Positions 15,011 through 27,871 are shown, counted from the stretch's first letter. The stretch is DNA of 64,000 nucleotides from Octopus vulgaris (GCA_951406725.2 OX597815.1:199020001-199084000), one strand, 5' to 3'. Translations and numbers: made by a program. The notes: generated by a model from the letters alone, not told the origin.

Positions 15011-15994
15011 TATGTAACTTTTGAAATTCTTTATTCAGATCTTGTCTTATTAACAACGGGCAAGTGAACAGCGCAACATCGTCCAATTTCTCTTTTTTTT
15101 TTTTTTTTTAAAATATCAAATAGACAATAGTTAAAACTGACAAACAAAACACCCAAGAAAAACAACGGAAATTATTTAATGCTTTGCTTGTTATACTTAT
15201 TTATGTATTTATTTTAATTCTAAGCTGAGAGACACAGTGTGTGGTTTGTGACGGAAGTTCTCACTAGTAGCTATTAGGTGCTGATAAAGTCAATTGATTT
15301 ATTGGTTTCCTCTCGACATAGATATCTATTGCAATTCAACAATATTCTGACCTTGTTTGGTGCCAAATTTCTATGAAAGGTCACTAACAGCTTGTTTTTA
15401 CTTTACATTCCTTTATGTATGAGTATGTGCGTGTGTGTGTGTTGTTTGTTCATGTGAGTGCATTTGTATTCAAGTATGTATGCATTGTATTATTATATGT
15501 ATGGATATGTGTCTATATATAAATATGTATGTAAGTACGTACGAACGTATGTATGTATGTAGGTATGTATGTATGTATGTATGTATGTATGTATGTATGT
15601 ATGTATGTATGTATGTATGTATGCATGTATGTATGTAGGAAAGCAATTGATTTCTTTTGCTTTTTTCGGTATTACACTTACAGAAGTATGTCAACAGACG
15701 TGTGTATGAGAGAAACAGAGAGAAAGCAGGAGAGAGAGAGAGAGAGAGAATGAAGGAGAGAGAGCGTGTGTGTGTGTGTGATTATGTGGGTGTATGTATG
15801 TGTGTGTTTATGAAAATACCCATCTGTCTAATGTATATATATATGTATACTGTATATATTTCTACATATATACGTGTGTTTAATATATATATATATATAT
15901 ATATACATACGCATGCAGACATACAAACACTCACACACAGACACACACTCACATGCAGACATACATACATACATACATACATACATAGATAGAT

Positions 15995-16071
<77 letters not shown>

Positions 16072-16239
16072 CGATAGCTAGAGGGAGATAGAGACTGAAA
16101 CAAGGCCATATAGAGACAAATATCACCTACGGAAGCTAAATGATGTGATTCAAATGTATGTATTTAGACAAGTGAGTAATGTAAAAAATAAATACAGTAT
16201 GGGCAGAAAATCTTATTCAAATAATATTTACCGTAAGTC

Positions 16240-16435
16240 TGGCGGCGAGCTGACACAATTGTCCGCACGCCGTACAAAAGGGTAAGTGACATTTAATCTT
16301 TCTGTGTTTGAATTTACATCATACCGAAGGCCAATTTTGCCTTTTAACCGTCGAGGTCGATAAAGTAAATACCAGCTAATATAATAGATTATCCCTTCAA
16401 CTTAAAACTGTTGACATGGCGCCAAAGTTTGAAAA
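16240..16435 (+). mobile_element. Old Nin-domain SINE
   Basis: GGCGGCGAGCTG head and GAGGTCGATAAAGTAAATACCAG. Confidence 0.65.
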
Positions 16436-16720
16436 ACTTTGGGGCAATGCCAATGATTATAAGGTTTAAGAAGAACAAAATGAAGCATAGTGGCGATGGG
16501 TAACGAACTCTCAAGAACAAGAGAAATAATTTCGAATATATCAGAATTCATTTCGTAGAAAATTAATTTTCATGGATATGTATGACACCTGTTTATGCTT
16601 GTAGGAAGGTTGGCAGTTACATAACGGTTTACACCTTAGAAAACCTCATCAGCAAAGCATACATTTCAGAAGGATTTAATATGCAGACAAATTTATTATT
16701 ATATACGTACGCATATGAAT

Positions 16721-16751
<31 letters not shown>

Positions 16752-16825
16752 TATATATATATATATATACATTCATACATAAAAACGCACACTCAAACGT
16801 ACGCCCACATACACACATATGCATA

Positions 16826-17210
16826 TTGTGTGGTAAGTAGCTTGCTTACAAACCACATGGTTCTGGGTTCAGTCCTACTGCGTGGCACCTTGGGCAAGTA
16901 CCTTCTACTATAGCCTAAGACCGACCAAAGCCTTGTGAGTGGATTTAGTAGACGGAAACTGAAAGAAGCCCGTCATAAATATGTATATATATATATGTAT
17001 GCGTGTGTCTATGTTTGTCCCCTGCCCAACATCACTTGACAACCGATGCTGGTGTGTTTAAGTCCACGTAACTTAGCGGTTCGACAAAAGAGAACGATAG
17101 AATAAGTACTATGCTTACAAAGAATAAATCATGGGGTCGATTTGCTAGACTAAAGGCAATGCTCTAGCATGACCACAGTCAAATGACTGAAACAAGTAAA
17201 AGAGTAAAAA
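16826..17210 (+). mobile_element. CORE-like tRNA SINE
   Basis: GTGTGGTAAGTAGCTTGC...GGGTTCAGTCC...CCTTGGGCAAGT...CAGTCAAATGACTGAAACAAGTAAAAGAG. Confidence 0.85.
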
Positions 17211-17530
17211 GTATATATATGTATTTATATATATGCGTTCATACATATATATATGTACATATATTTATAGAAATATAAGAGTAAAAATACATATGCTTAT
17301 GTGTGTATACCTACATATATATATATATATATATATATATGTAAGTATATATATATATATATACGTTTATGTAAGGATATATGTATTTTTTCACACATGC
17401 ATATATGTATATTAATATGAAATTGCAATAACGTATATATTACACATTACCCATTATATACGTATTACATGACAAAAATATACAAACATTTTTTACGTAG
17501 AATTGAAAATTTAATAAGCAATTGAATAAC

Positions 17531-17602
<72 letters not shown>

Positions 17603-17603
<1 letters not shown>

Positions 17604-17922
17604 TGTTTCTTTATTAGCACACAGGGCTGCACACAGATAGAACAAATTACAAGGTAGAGCTTTTCTTTTGAAGGTTTAAAAAAAAAAAAAAAAAAAAAAA
17701 AAAGGAAGGGGGAGATCAAAAGGGATCGTAAAAGGAGAGAAAGAGGACAAAAAAGGGGGTTAAAAAAAAAGGGGAGAGAAAAAAAAAAAAAAAAAAAAAA
17801 TTGATCAATAGGGATCGTTATCACAGAAATGTCAATATGAATAAAGGGAGGACAGGTGAGGTTTATGGAAAGAAAAGCCTACGGAAAAGACCACGGTAAC
17901 CTCGGTCAATGAAGTCACATTT
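17603..17922 (-). mobile_element. 5'-truncated non-LTR element 3' UTR with (ATCT)n tail, inserted in a GATA repeat (probable L1/Tx1 clade)
   Basis: The minus strand ends AATAAAGAAACAT then (ATCT)n, with TAGATAGAT at the other junction. A 40-bp copy of the same end lies at 50175. Confidence 0.65.
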
Positions 17923-18565
17923 TAGATAGATCACACAATAATTGCATAGTAGGAGATTTAGTGAAATGGGAAGTAACTTTGGACCCAGTTGGTTGGTGTG
18001 TTTTTATTGCATTTGAGTTTTATTTTTTACTACATATATATATATACACATATCTATATACGTATGTATGTATTCTGTCAGAGTAATCTATGATGCAATT
18101 GAAAAGCAATCGTAGCCAACTTCGGTTATATCCCGCTGGATGTAGACTATATCTGGTTAAAGTAGTTTATTCAGCATTTTAGCTTAAGAAATTGTGTAAA
18201 CGTTAGTGTATGTGTGTATGTGAATGTGTGTGTGTGTGCGTGTGTGTGTGTGTGTGTGTGTGGATGTATGTGTATGAAGTAGCTCGATATGTACCTCATA
18301 TGGCAACAACATTATGTTAAACGAAAACAGCAAGAAGTAGCTATTACATGACCAATAGGCAAAAAAAAAAGGAAACTTATAATGGCTGAAAAAATAAAGT
18401 TGCATAGGAGTGTTGTGTTTTTATAGTTATGTATGTGTGCACGAATTTGTCTATCTATCCGTCTATCTATATACACATACGTGTACACACACGCATATAC
18501 ACATATACATATATAGATGCATACATATAAATACACAAACACATATATATATATACATGTATGTG

Positions 18566-18603
<38 letters not shown>

Positions 18604-18862
18604 CACACATATATGTATCTATATATACATACTATCATAACATGTATATATACATATGTATGGTTAGCAATACATATAAATGTTTTATTGTCCATAAATA
18701 AACACATATATTTGTAAATATGTATTTGTATGTATATTATATAATACGTATAAAATCCATGGAAACACCAACACACAGACTCACAAATACATGTATGTCT
18801 GTCTATCGGTTTATCTATCAATCTATTTATCTACCTATCTATATATCTATCTATCTTTCTAG

Positions 18863-18925
<63 letters not shown>

Positions 18926-19603
18926 GGTGATACCAATGAAAATCTAGATGCAATTACAGACAGTAACATTATTTCGTATGTATGAACGTAAATATACAAA
19001 CGTAACATGTGATCCTTCACATATCCTTTTCTCCGATACACGCCACAGTTTGATACCGCTTTTCTTAATAAAAACACGTTTTAACTCAGCATGATGGGTC
19101 CCAGATGTATTAACTACATGCATATTAAATGATATGCATAATAGAAATTCTAATATTTAGTGTAACTTATATATAAATTGGTAATATTCTGATATATCAG
19201 TAAATTTGGTGTTGTCTAATAGTATCCCCATAATTTTGTTTTTTATCGTTCAACTATATATATCTACTTATGTATGTGCATATATATATATATATATATA
19301 TAAAATTTAATATAACCAGCTAGGTGCAATATAAAACCATAACAGAAAAGTTTAATTGTCACTAATTGTGAATGAGCGTACTGAATACCCACTATTTTGC
19401 AAGAATATGAGTTACAATTCTTAAGGCAGCATAAAGTGCACAATTTATATACACTGACAAGGGAGATAACCATTCAATGAGCTAAGTATGAGCAAACGAG
19501 GAACAGATCTCGTTTGTCAGTTGCAGACTCGACGGCAGAGCCCTCATACATATGTGTGTGCGTGTATGTGTGTGTGAGGGTGTGTGTGTGTGTGTGTGTG
19601 TGT

Positions 19604-19720
19604 GGAAGCATGTGCCTTAGTGTTTAAAGGTGTTGCGGTCACAATCGTAAGATTGTGGTTTCGATTTTATTGTGTACTTCAGCAAAACACTTCGTTTCAT
19701 GTTGGTCCACTTCATTCAGC

Positions 19721-19722
<2 letters not shown>
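19604..19722 (+). mobile_element. Meta-domain-like tRNA SINE fragment
   Basis: ATCGTAAGATTGTGGTTTCGATT...AGCAAAACACTT...TCAGCTG, shared with 24912 and 57775. Confidence 0.65.
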
Positions 19723-19756
<34 letters not shown>

Positions 19757-19808
19757 ATAAATGAATAATTATTCAAATAAATATTTATATAGGTACTATT
19801 ATTATCAT

Positions 19809-19849
<41 letters not shown>

Positions 19850-19850
19850 A

Positions 19851-19882
<32 letters not shown>

Positions 19883-19934
19883 AATAAATAATAATAATAC
19901 TAATAATAATAACAACAACAACAACAACAATAAC

Positions 19935-20790
19935 AAGTACAAAATGATATGAAGAATAATTAGGCAAGAAGGAACTATACAATCAATTCCATGTATCCAC
20001 AACAGAAGTTGCTGGAAAAAATAGGTACGAATGGTTGATGAAAGGAATTCTTTAAAAGAGGAGACCGGGAACACTCTTCTGGCAGCATAAGACCAAGCTT
20101 TTGCAGCGAACTGGAGGGCCACCTTTACAAATGAGCAAGTGTCTCCTATGTGTGGCATCTGCGATAGAGTGGATGAAACCATTGCCCATATCACACACGG
20201 AGGCCCTAAATTTGCCCAAAACCACTACAAGGACATGGCGACATAACCAGGTAGCGAAAGTGCTGCATTGGAAACTGTGCAAAAAGTGGGAGGATAGAGA
20301 GAGGCAAGACGTGGTATTAGCACAAACCGCAGAGAGTGGCGGAGTCGACGACAAGCAAAATCCTCTGGGATTTCCCAATCCAAACAGATCATGTGCTAGA
20401 GCATAACAGAACGGACCTAGGTCACCACATATGCTATATAGTTGATGATGCACGCCTCTTTGACCCACGAATAGTCAAAAAGGAAAGCGAAAAGATAGAT
20501 AGATAAATACAACCCTCTTGAGTATGAAATAGACCGGCTGCCAATTATTGTTGAGTCCTTGGGAACAGTATCAGAAGACATCAAGAGGAATATAAAGAAA
20601 ATTGGAATAGAGTGTCGTGTAGAACTGTTGTTACAAATGGTTTACCTCCTTGTCACGTCCAGAATAATCAGGAAAGTATTAGATAGAACTGAAAAGAACG
20701 AATAGCATGGTACCGTCGGCTGCAGGTAGTGAGCCCGCTACGCATGCAAGACTTCAGGAGCTCCAAGAAAATCTGTGATAAAGACAAAAT
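19935..20790 (+). pseudogene. R4/Dong-like (RLE endonuclease) LINE C-terminal relic
   Basis: Frameshifted peptides LLAA*DQA, CGIC..VDETIAHI (zinc knuckle), RHNQVAKVLHWKLCKKW, WDFPIQTDHVLEHN, KKESEKID..KYNPLEYEI, PIIVESLGTVS; flanked by TAA repeats. Confidence 0.85.
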
Positions 20791-20982
20791 AATAATAACA
20801 ATAATATAAGCGGTCAGCAAATATCTAAGTCGATAAAGGGCAAATTCGTAAATTTTATAATTAATTGAAATTATAAGCCATTATTTCATTGAAAACATAA
20901 CAGGTTGATAGAAATCGGGCAACGAGCGAAGATAATAAGTTACCATCATGGATGAGAGCCGCAGCACGAGGCAATAGATATT

Positions 20983-21037
20983 CCTGTATCATTTGATTTC
21001 GAATTTTGAGATCACTCCCTGAATTCTCATCAGCATG
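20983..21037 (-). ncRNA. Type I hammerhead ribozyme motif (canonical core, one stem I mismatch)
   Basis: Minus strand: CATG-CTGATGA-GAATT...AATTC-GAAA-TCAAATGA-TA-CAGG. Confidence 0.7.
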
Positions 21038-21385
21038 TCTCGCTATATACCTAGGGTTAAAAACTTACGCGCTTCATCGTGCCTGCCAATCACTGAACGG
21101 CTCACGCTAAATTCAAAAAGTAAACCCTCAATTATGATTTCAATTAATTATAAAATTTATGGATTTGCCCTTTATTGGCTTAAATGTTTGCTGGCATCTA
21201 ATATTAGTATTATTATTATTCATTTACTAATACTAATAAAAATTTCTTTATAAATGTTTATTCGAATATTTATTCATTTATGGATAATTATACTCTCACA
21301 TCATTTTGAATTTGGCGCCAGCTTATTAACGATTAACAAGCACGACGAAGCAAGTAAAGTTTTTAACCCTAGATATTGAGTGAGA

Positions 21386-21440
21386 CCTGGTGATGAGAAT
21401 TAAGGGAGTAATCTCAAAATTCGAAATCATATGATAGAGG
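21386..21440 (+). ncRNA. Second copy of the hammerhead motif (C3 mutated to G; probably inactive)
   Basis: CCTG-GTGATGA-GAATT...AATTC-GAAA-TCATATGA-TA-GAGG; stem III is the palindrome ATCATATGAT. Confidence 0.6.
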
Positions 21441-21985
21441 AATATCGTTTCATTCTGTGGCTATCAGTTTAATTTCTTCGCTCGTTGACCGATTTCTGTC
21501 GACCTGTTATGTTTTCCGTGAAATGGTGGCTTATTAGATGATGTTTGACTCTTATTTTTAGCAACGCTGATGCCTTGTATACCTTCAATTATAATTTCAA
21601 TTAATTATAAAATTTATATATATATATTTACATACACACACACGAACACATGCGTGCGCTCATATATATGTCTGTGTGTGAGCATGTATGTACGTATTTA
21701 TGCATATATATTTATCAGTTACGTATATTGATGTTGACAAGAAAGCAAACTTTAAAAAATCTCAATGCGAGATGAAGTGATGAGGTGAGGTCTGTCAAAA
21801 TTTTCACACCAATCAGTGAAAACAGGCGATCGTCGTGTTAATAAGACGACGTCTTGTTTATTAATGTCTGAGTTCTCCGCAACTAGCTCATTTCACTAAC
21901 GTGTAACCTTCAATTTGTGATTGCTCTTTGTACTGGGTCAACTCCGATCACGTTGGCTAGTGGGAAGTTGGTAATAGCTGGAAAA

Positions 21986-22216
21986 GGCAGCGAGCTGGCA
22001 GAAACGTTAGCACGCCGGGCGAAATGCTTAGCGGTATTTCGTCTGCCGTTACGTTCTGAGTTCAAATTCCGCCGAGGTCGACTTTGCCTTTCATCCTTTC
22101 GGGGTCGATATATTAAGTACCAGTTCCGCACTGGGGTCGATATAATCGACTTAATACCTATGTCTGTCCTTGTTTGTCCCCTCTATGTTTATCCCCTTGT
22201 GGGTAATAAAGAAATA
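21986..22216 (+). mobile_element. Monomeric Nin-domain tRNA SINE with 16-bp TSD
   Basis: GGTAATAGCTGGAAAA at 21970-21985 and 22217-22232; ends AATAAAGAAATA. Confidence 0.92.
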
Positions 22217-22825
22217 GGTAATAGCTGGAAAATCTATGTCCCCTTCAGAGAAGGGAACAATTGTGAACTTTTATGTGCTCAAGGATTTATCATATGTGTA
22301 CAATGTGTCATTGTACGATTCTGTAAATGACACTTCTGAAAAGTGCATCAAATAAAATAAGTGGATCATCATGAGAGAGAACCTTCACGGAGAGAACCTT
22401 TAAAAAGTAGTCACAAGAAAAACTTCCTCTAGTAACCGAAACTGGATGCAGACTTGATTTTGCCGAGATATTATCACTTACAATGCATCAGAACTTAGCA
22501 ATATTTTACTTGCTTACACTTTGGTGGACTTGTCCATTGAGAGTTTAGAGCCTTAGATACAATGCTCTGTCGAGAAGAGAACGCAAATCGGCGGCCTTCA
22601 ACTGGCAATGGCCATTGTTGTTGTTGCTACTGCTTCTGCTGTTGTTGTTGCTGCCCTTTTTTTGGTCAGCTATGACTGAAGTGAACGATGGCTAAAGACC
22701 AAGCCGAAGATATGAGAAAATATACCTACATAGACAACATACCATGCAGGAGAATCGAACCTTGGACTTCATGATAGGAAAGAAAATTACTTAAATATTT
22801 GGTTCATTGATGTTGTTCGTACGTA

Positions 22826-23765
22826 TATTCTTTTCTACTCTAGGCACAAGGCCAGAAATTTTGGGGGAGGGGGCCAGTCGAATAGATCGATTCCAGTACG
22901 CAACTGGTACTTAATTTATCGACCTCAAAAGGATATAAGACAAAGTCGACCCCGGCGGAATTTGAACTCAGAACATAAAGACAGGCGAAATACCTATTTC
23001 TTTACTACACACCAGGGGCTAAACACAGAGAGGACAGACAAACAGATTAAGTAAATTATATCGACCCCAGTGCGTAAATGGTACTTATTTAATCCACCCT
23101 GAAAGGATGAAAGACAAAGTCGACCTCGGCGGAATTTGAACTCAGAACGTAGCGGCACATGAAATACCCATTTCTTTACTACCCACAAGGGGCTAAACAC
23201 AAAAGGGACAAACAAGGACAGACAAACGGATTAAGTCGATTATAAGGAACCCAGTGCGTAACTAGTACTTAATTTATCGACCCCGAAAGAATGAAAGGCA
23301 AAGTCTACCTCGGCGGAATTTGAACTCAGAACATAACAGCAGACGAAATACCTATTTCTTGACTACCCACAAGGTGCTAAATACAGAGGGAAAAAACAAG
23401 GACACGCAAAGGGATTAAGTCGATTGCATCGACCCCAGTGCGTAACTGGTACTTAATTTATCGACCCTGAAAGGATGAAAGACAAAGTCGACCTCGGCGG
23501 AATTTGAACTCAGAACGTAACAGCAGACGAAATACCTATTTCTTTACTACCCACAAGGGCTAATTACAGAGGGCACAAACAAGGACACGCAAACGGATTA
23601 AGTTGATTACATCGACTGCAGTACGCAACTGATACTTAATTTATCGACCCCGAAAGGATGAAAGGTAAAGTCGACCTCGGCGGAATTTGAACTCAGAACG
23701 TAATGCCAGACGAAATACCGCTAAGCATTTCGCCCAGCGTGCTAACGTTTCTACCTACTTGCCCT
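22826..23765 (-). mobile_element. Pentameric Nin-domain SINE (one head plus five ~180-bp body units)
   Basis: AAAGTCGACCTCGGCGGAATTTGAACTCAGAAC (with minor variants) recurs five times at ~180-bp period; single head near 23720-23765. Confidence 0.9.
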
Positions 23766-24455
23766 CTTGTTCCTTGTATATTGCTTGATGCTTTAGAAAT
23801 TTATACCAATTCTCCACATATTACACCCCACAAAATTGAAGAGAGACCGTTACATTTGAAAATGTAGTCAATATATCGACCTAAAAGGACGAGATGATTA
23901 TAGCTAGAATATCGTTGAAACTACGTATATTAGCTCAGTTATAGTTCTCCTCACCTGGAGCTGAATAGCAGTAACTTCAGATATATTAGGGAAGGAGCAC
24001 AGGAATTTATTTCTTCTCAGGGACATTAGCACCGAAAGTGTAAGTTTAAAGTGCCTTCATTTTCATAAACTAAACTCGGATTGCAAAATATACTCTGTTC
24101 GTATATAGCAATAAAAATCAATGAAGCTATTACAAGTAGCAAAGATATAATAATAATTATGATGCAAAACATTTATAGTACTCAAGAAAGCCATAAATGT
24201 CATTATAATAGCATCTCTATTATTATTTTCTGAATATCATTTTATAACATTGTAGACCACCATGGAGAAAGAGATATGCTCCCAGCTGACGAAAATCACG
24301 ATGCGCTTTCAATTTACAGCCAAAGGCATTTCACTTTGCGTATGCTACAAAAACATCTGTGAAAAAGCATAAAGGTCACACGTCCAATTTCCCCTCCCTA
24401 CTATGTTCTTCGCATTCAGTCAAAAGAAAGCAATATCATTTTTACAACATAAGTA

Positions 24456-24491
<36 letters not shown>

Positions 24492-24911
24492 ACTGTCTAC
24501 AAGACTTTGCATATATGCAAACTGAATGGTAAATAGATGCTTGCCATAAACTGAGATATTAACGAGTTGAACAATCAAAAAGACGATATTCTTAAAGTGT
24601 TTACCAGAATATTCTTTATAAAGAAAGAGACTCGACGATGATTACAGCAAAATAAACTGAAAATATCATAAAGTAAAGAATGATGTACATTATAAAAATA
24701 TGTCCAAATATTTTAAGGTATGAAATGAAACCAAGAAAACTAAATATAGCCACAAGACATAAAAAATGCCTGTACATGTGTAGAGGCGTTGCGTTGCCAC
24801 ACGGTTAAAAATGTTCTTTTCGTTAACGTCTGGTTCTGAGATCGGTCCCACAGCACGGTATCTTGGTCTATCTGTCCCAGCGTTTAGGACGTCTTTTAAT
24901 TTCTAGACACT

Positions 24912-25312
24912 AGGGGCGACGCATTGTTTCGTGGTTAGGGTGTCAGACTTGTGATCGCAAGATTGTGGTTTCAATTCCCAGATTGGACGAAGCGATGAGT
25001 TCTTGAGCAAAACACTTCATTTCACGTTGCTCCAGACTACTCAGACAAACTTGATCCGTTTGTCTGTCCTTGTTTGTCCTCTCTGTGTTTATCCCCTTGT
25101 TGTAAAGAAATAGGTATTTCGTTTGTCTTTACGTTGTGAGTTCGAATTCCACCGATGTCGGCTTTACCTTTCATCTTTTCGGCGTCAATAAATTATGTTG
25201 CGTACTGGAGTCGATCTAATCGATCTAGTCGATCTAATCGATCTAGTCGATCTAATCGACTGGCCCCCTCCCCCAAAATTTTGTGCCTTCTACCTAGAGT
25301 AGAAAGGAATAT
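24912..25312 (+). mobile_element. Meta-domain-like SINE 5' part abutting a Nin-SINE 3' part
   Basis: GTTCTTGAGCAAAACACTTCATTTCACGTTGCTCCAG to ~25045, then Nin body/tail with a triplicated GTCGATCTAATCGA(TCTA). Confidence 0.7.
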
Positions 25313-25319
25313 ATTTTAA

Positions 25320-26116
25320 TTAATGTGTTATACAGTGCAGTACTGTACTCAACCTTTATTAAGTTTTAGGCGTGAAAAAGCATATTTTACCACAGAAATA
25401 ATTAAAATCTAATAAGATATAAGTACCTGTCGGCCACAGAAATGTGAAATATACTTTTCTACTCTAGGCACAAGGTTCGAAATTTGGGGGCGGAGGCCAG
25501 TCTATTAGATCGACTCCTGTACGCAACTGGTACTTAATTTATTGACCCTGAAAGGATGAAAAGCAAAGTCGACCTCGGCAGAATTTTAACGCAGAACGTA
25601 GACAGAAGAAATAAAAATTATTTCTACTCTAGCCACAAGACCCGAAATTTTGGGGAAGGGGGCCAGTTGATTAGATCGACTCCTGTATGCAAGTGGTACT
25701 TAATTTATCGACCCCGAAAGGATGAAAGGCAAAGTCGACCTCAGTGGAATTTGAACTGAGAACGTAAAGACAGACGAAATAGAAATCTGCGATATACTCA
25801 GGAGTCCGTGATATAAATTTACATATATTTATCTCTTTATTGCCCACAGGGGGCTAAGCATAAAGGGGACAAACAAGGACAGACAAAGGGATTAGTTCGA
25901 TTGCATTGAACTCAGTGTGTAACTGGTACTTATATAATCGACCTCGAAAACATGAAAGATAAAATCGACCTCGGCGGAATTTGAATTCAAAACGTTTTGC
26001 CCGGCGTGCATACGATTCTGCCAGCTCACCGCCCTAAATTTACATATATTAACCAAAAAAATCCGCGATGTACTGAATGCGTGATAAGTGAACCGCGATA
26101 TGGCAAAGGATTTCTG
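25320..26116. mobile_element. Tigger/pogo-like DNA element relic with two nested minus-strand Nin SINEs (25452-25780, 25830-26034)
   Basis: Right end AGTGAACCGCGATATGGCAAAGGATTTCTG|TA; 16-bp TSD TAAATTTACATATATT at 25814-25829 and 26035-26050 around the second SINE. Left boundary uncertain. Confidence 0.6.
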
Positions 26117-26449
26117 TATATGCGTGATAGACATCGGGAAACCGGCCCTGTGCTTCTTACAGAGTAACGAGGAGTAACCACCGGCGGCTATTTGGCAGAA
26201 ACATTGAATACTTGGCAACATTTGTTCAAACTCACTGTACTCTGAGTTTAAATTCCGCCTAATTTAATTTCTTACCATACTGGTAAGTGGAATCGGTATT
26301 AATTGCCATTTGGTAATTATGATGAATTCTCTGGAGGCGGAAATAGTTTTAGTAATTTTATGTTATACAAATATAAGTAAACGAGAAACAATACCTGATG
26401 ATTCCTGCAACAAAATCATTAATTTTTCAACCATCTAAATTTTGTTTTT

Positions 26450-26670
26450 TATACTTGTTGCAGTCATTAGATTCCGGCCATACTAGAGCATCACCTTGAA
26501 AGATCTCTTAGTCGACTGAATCGACACCCACTACATTTTTAAAGCCCGGTGCTACTTATTATATCGACTCTTTCCCGAAACGTCTAAGTTACAGGGACGG
26601 AAAGACAATACTGGTTATCAAGCAATGGGATGGGGGTCAAACACAAATACAAAGACACACACAAGTATAT
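26450..26670 (-). mobile_element. CORE-like SINE tail fragment
   Basis: ACTTGTTGCAGTCATTAGATTCCGGCCAT...TAAGTTACAGGGACG. Confidence 0.65.
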
Positions 26671-26703
26671 AGACATACATACATACATACATACATACAT
26701 ACA

Positions 26704-26730
<27 letters not shown>

Positions 26731-26736
<6 letters not shown>

Positions 26737-27834
26737 TAAGATAAAACTTACTTAGAAATGGATGCGTGCGTTCCGTCATATAATAACAAATTAATAAATA
26801 AAACATATGCATATATACATACATATATGTATGTACCTACATCTATATGTATATATACATGCATATATGGGTAGAGGACACCAAAAAAACGTCGAACACA
26901 ATGAGAAACGAAAACATAAACACAAAACCAAGGAAATGGACATTTTTCTTAAACAACGAAAAAATAGAGTACAGGACATACAAACAAGGAAAATTCCCAT
27001 TCTTCAGCCGCCTCTATTCCATCTACTCCGCGTTTTGAAGGTAAAGGCGAGACAAGACTTCCTTGAAACAGTCCTTCCCGCAGAAGCAGATTAAATAAAA
27101 TTTGCGATTTTTTTGCGGAGTGGTAAACTTGGTAACAAAAACAGGACAGTAAAGACAGTACAAAATATAAACAGTAAAAGACAGGACAAGGAGAATAACA
27201 GTAACACAAACATTGCGAGCTGTTAAGCCAGAACGAAAGAAAAAATATTATGAACGCTTTTGAGGACGGCAAGAGAAAGACAGGAAAGCCATCCACACTT
27301 GAAGGAAGCCAAGTCAGAAGGAAGCCAAGTCAGAAAAACAGTAGCAGACCTCTCGTCAACGACGGGAGGGAGGAGGAGTAAGAGAAAGGGAGCGAAAAGG
27401 GGAATGGTTGTAGAGAAAACCAGAAAGAATGAAAAATGAGAGAGAGAGAGAGAGAGAGGGACAGCAAGGTAGAAGAAAAGGAAACAAGAAAGAATGAAGG
27501 ATGAGAGAGGGAGGGGACAGAAAGGTCAAGAGTGCGCATCATTATTAATATTAAGATAAAACTTACTTAGAAATGGATGCGTGCGCTTCGTCATATAATG
27601 ACAAATTTATAAATAAAACATATGCATATATACATACATATATGTACGTACCTACATCTATATGTATATATACATGCATATATGGGTAGAGGACACCAAA
27701 AAAAACGTCGAACACAATGAGAAACGAAAACATAAACACAAAACCAAGGAAATGGACATTTTTCTTAAACAACGAAAACAAAAGTACAAGACATACAACA
27801 CAAGGAAAATTCCCCTTCTTCAGTCGCCTCTGTC
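26731..27834. mobile_element. Non-coding element with ~285-bp direct terminal repeats (PLE/retrozyme-like architecture)
   Basis: 26731-~27015 is repeated at 27548-27834 at high identity; a diverged reverse copy lies at 62221-62515. Confidence 0.7.
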
Positions 27835-27871
27835 TTATAATATACAAAATATAAATAGTAAAACGGTGAAC

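Larger units (their letters stand above)
19756..21618. mobile_element. PLE-type element: inverted and tandem terminal-repeat copies with two hammerhead motifs
   Basis: 20850-21118 is the reverse complement of 21305-21618. 19756-19800 and 20810-20875 are the reverse complement of 21122-21283. A Dong-like LINE piece is nested in its TAA tract. Confidence 0.75.

Noticed and set aside
16615-16655. Minus-strand CTGATGA-GGTTT...AAACC hammerhead start
   Set aside because: Followed by GTTA instead of GAAA, with no stems I or III.
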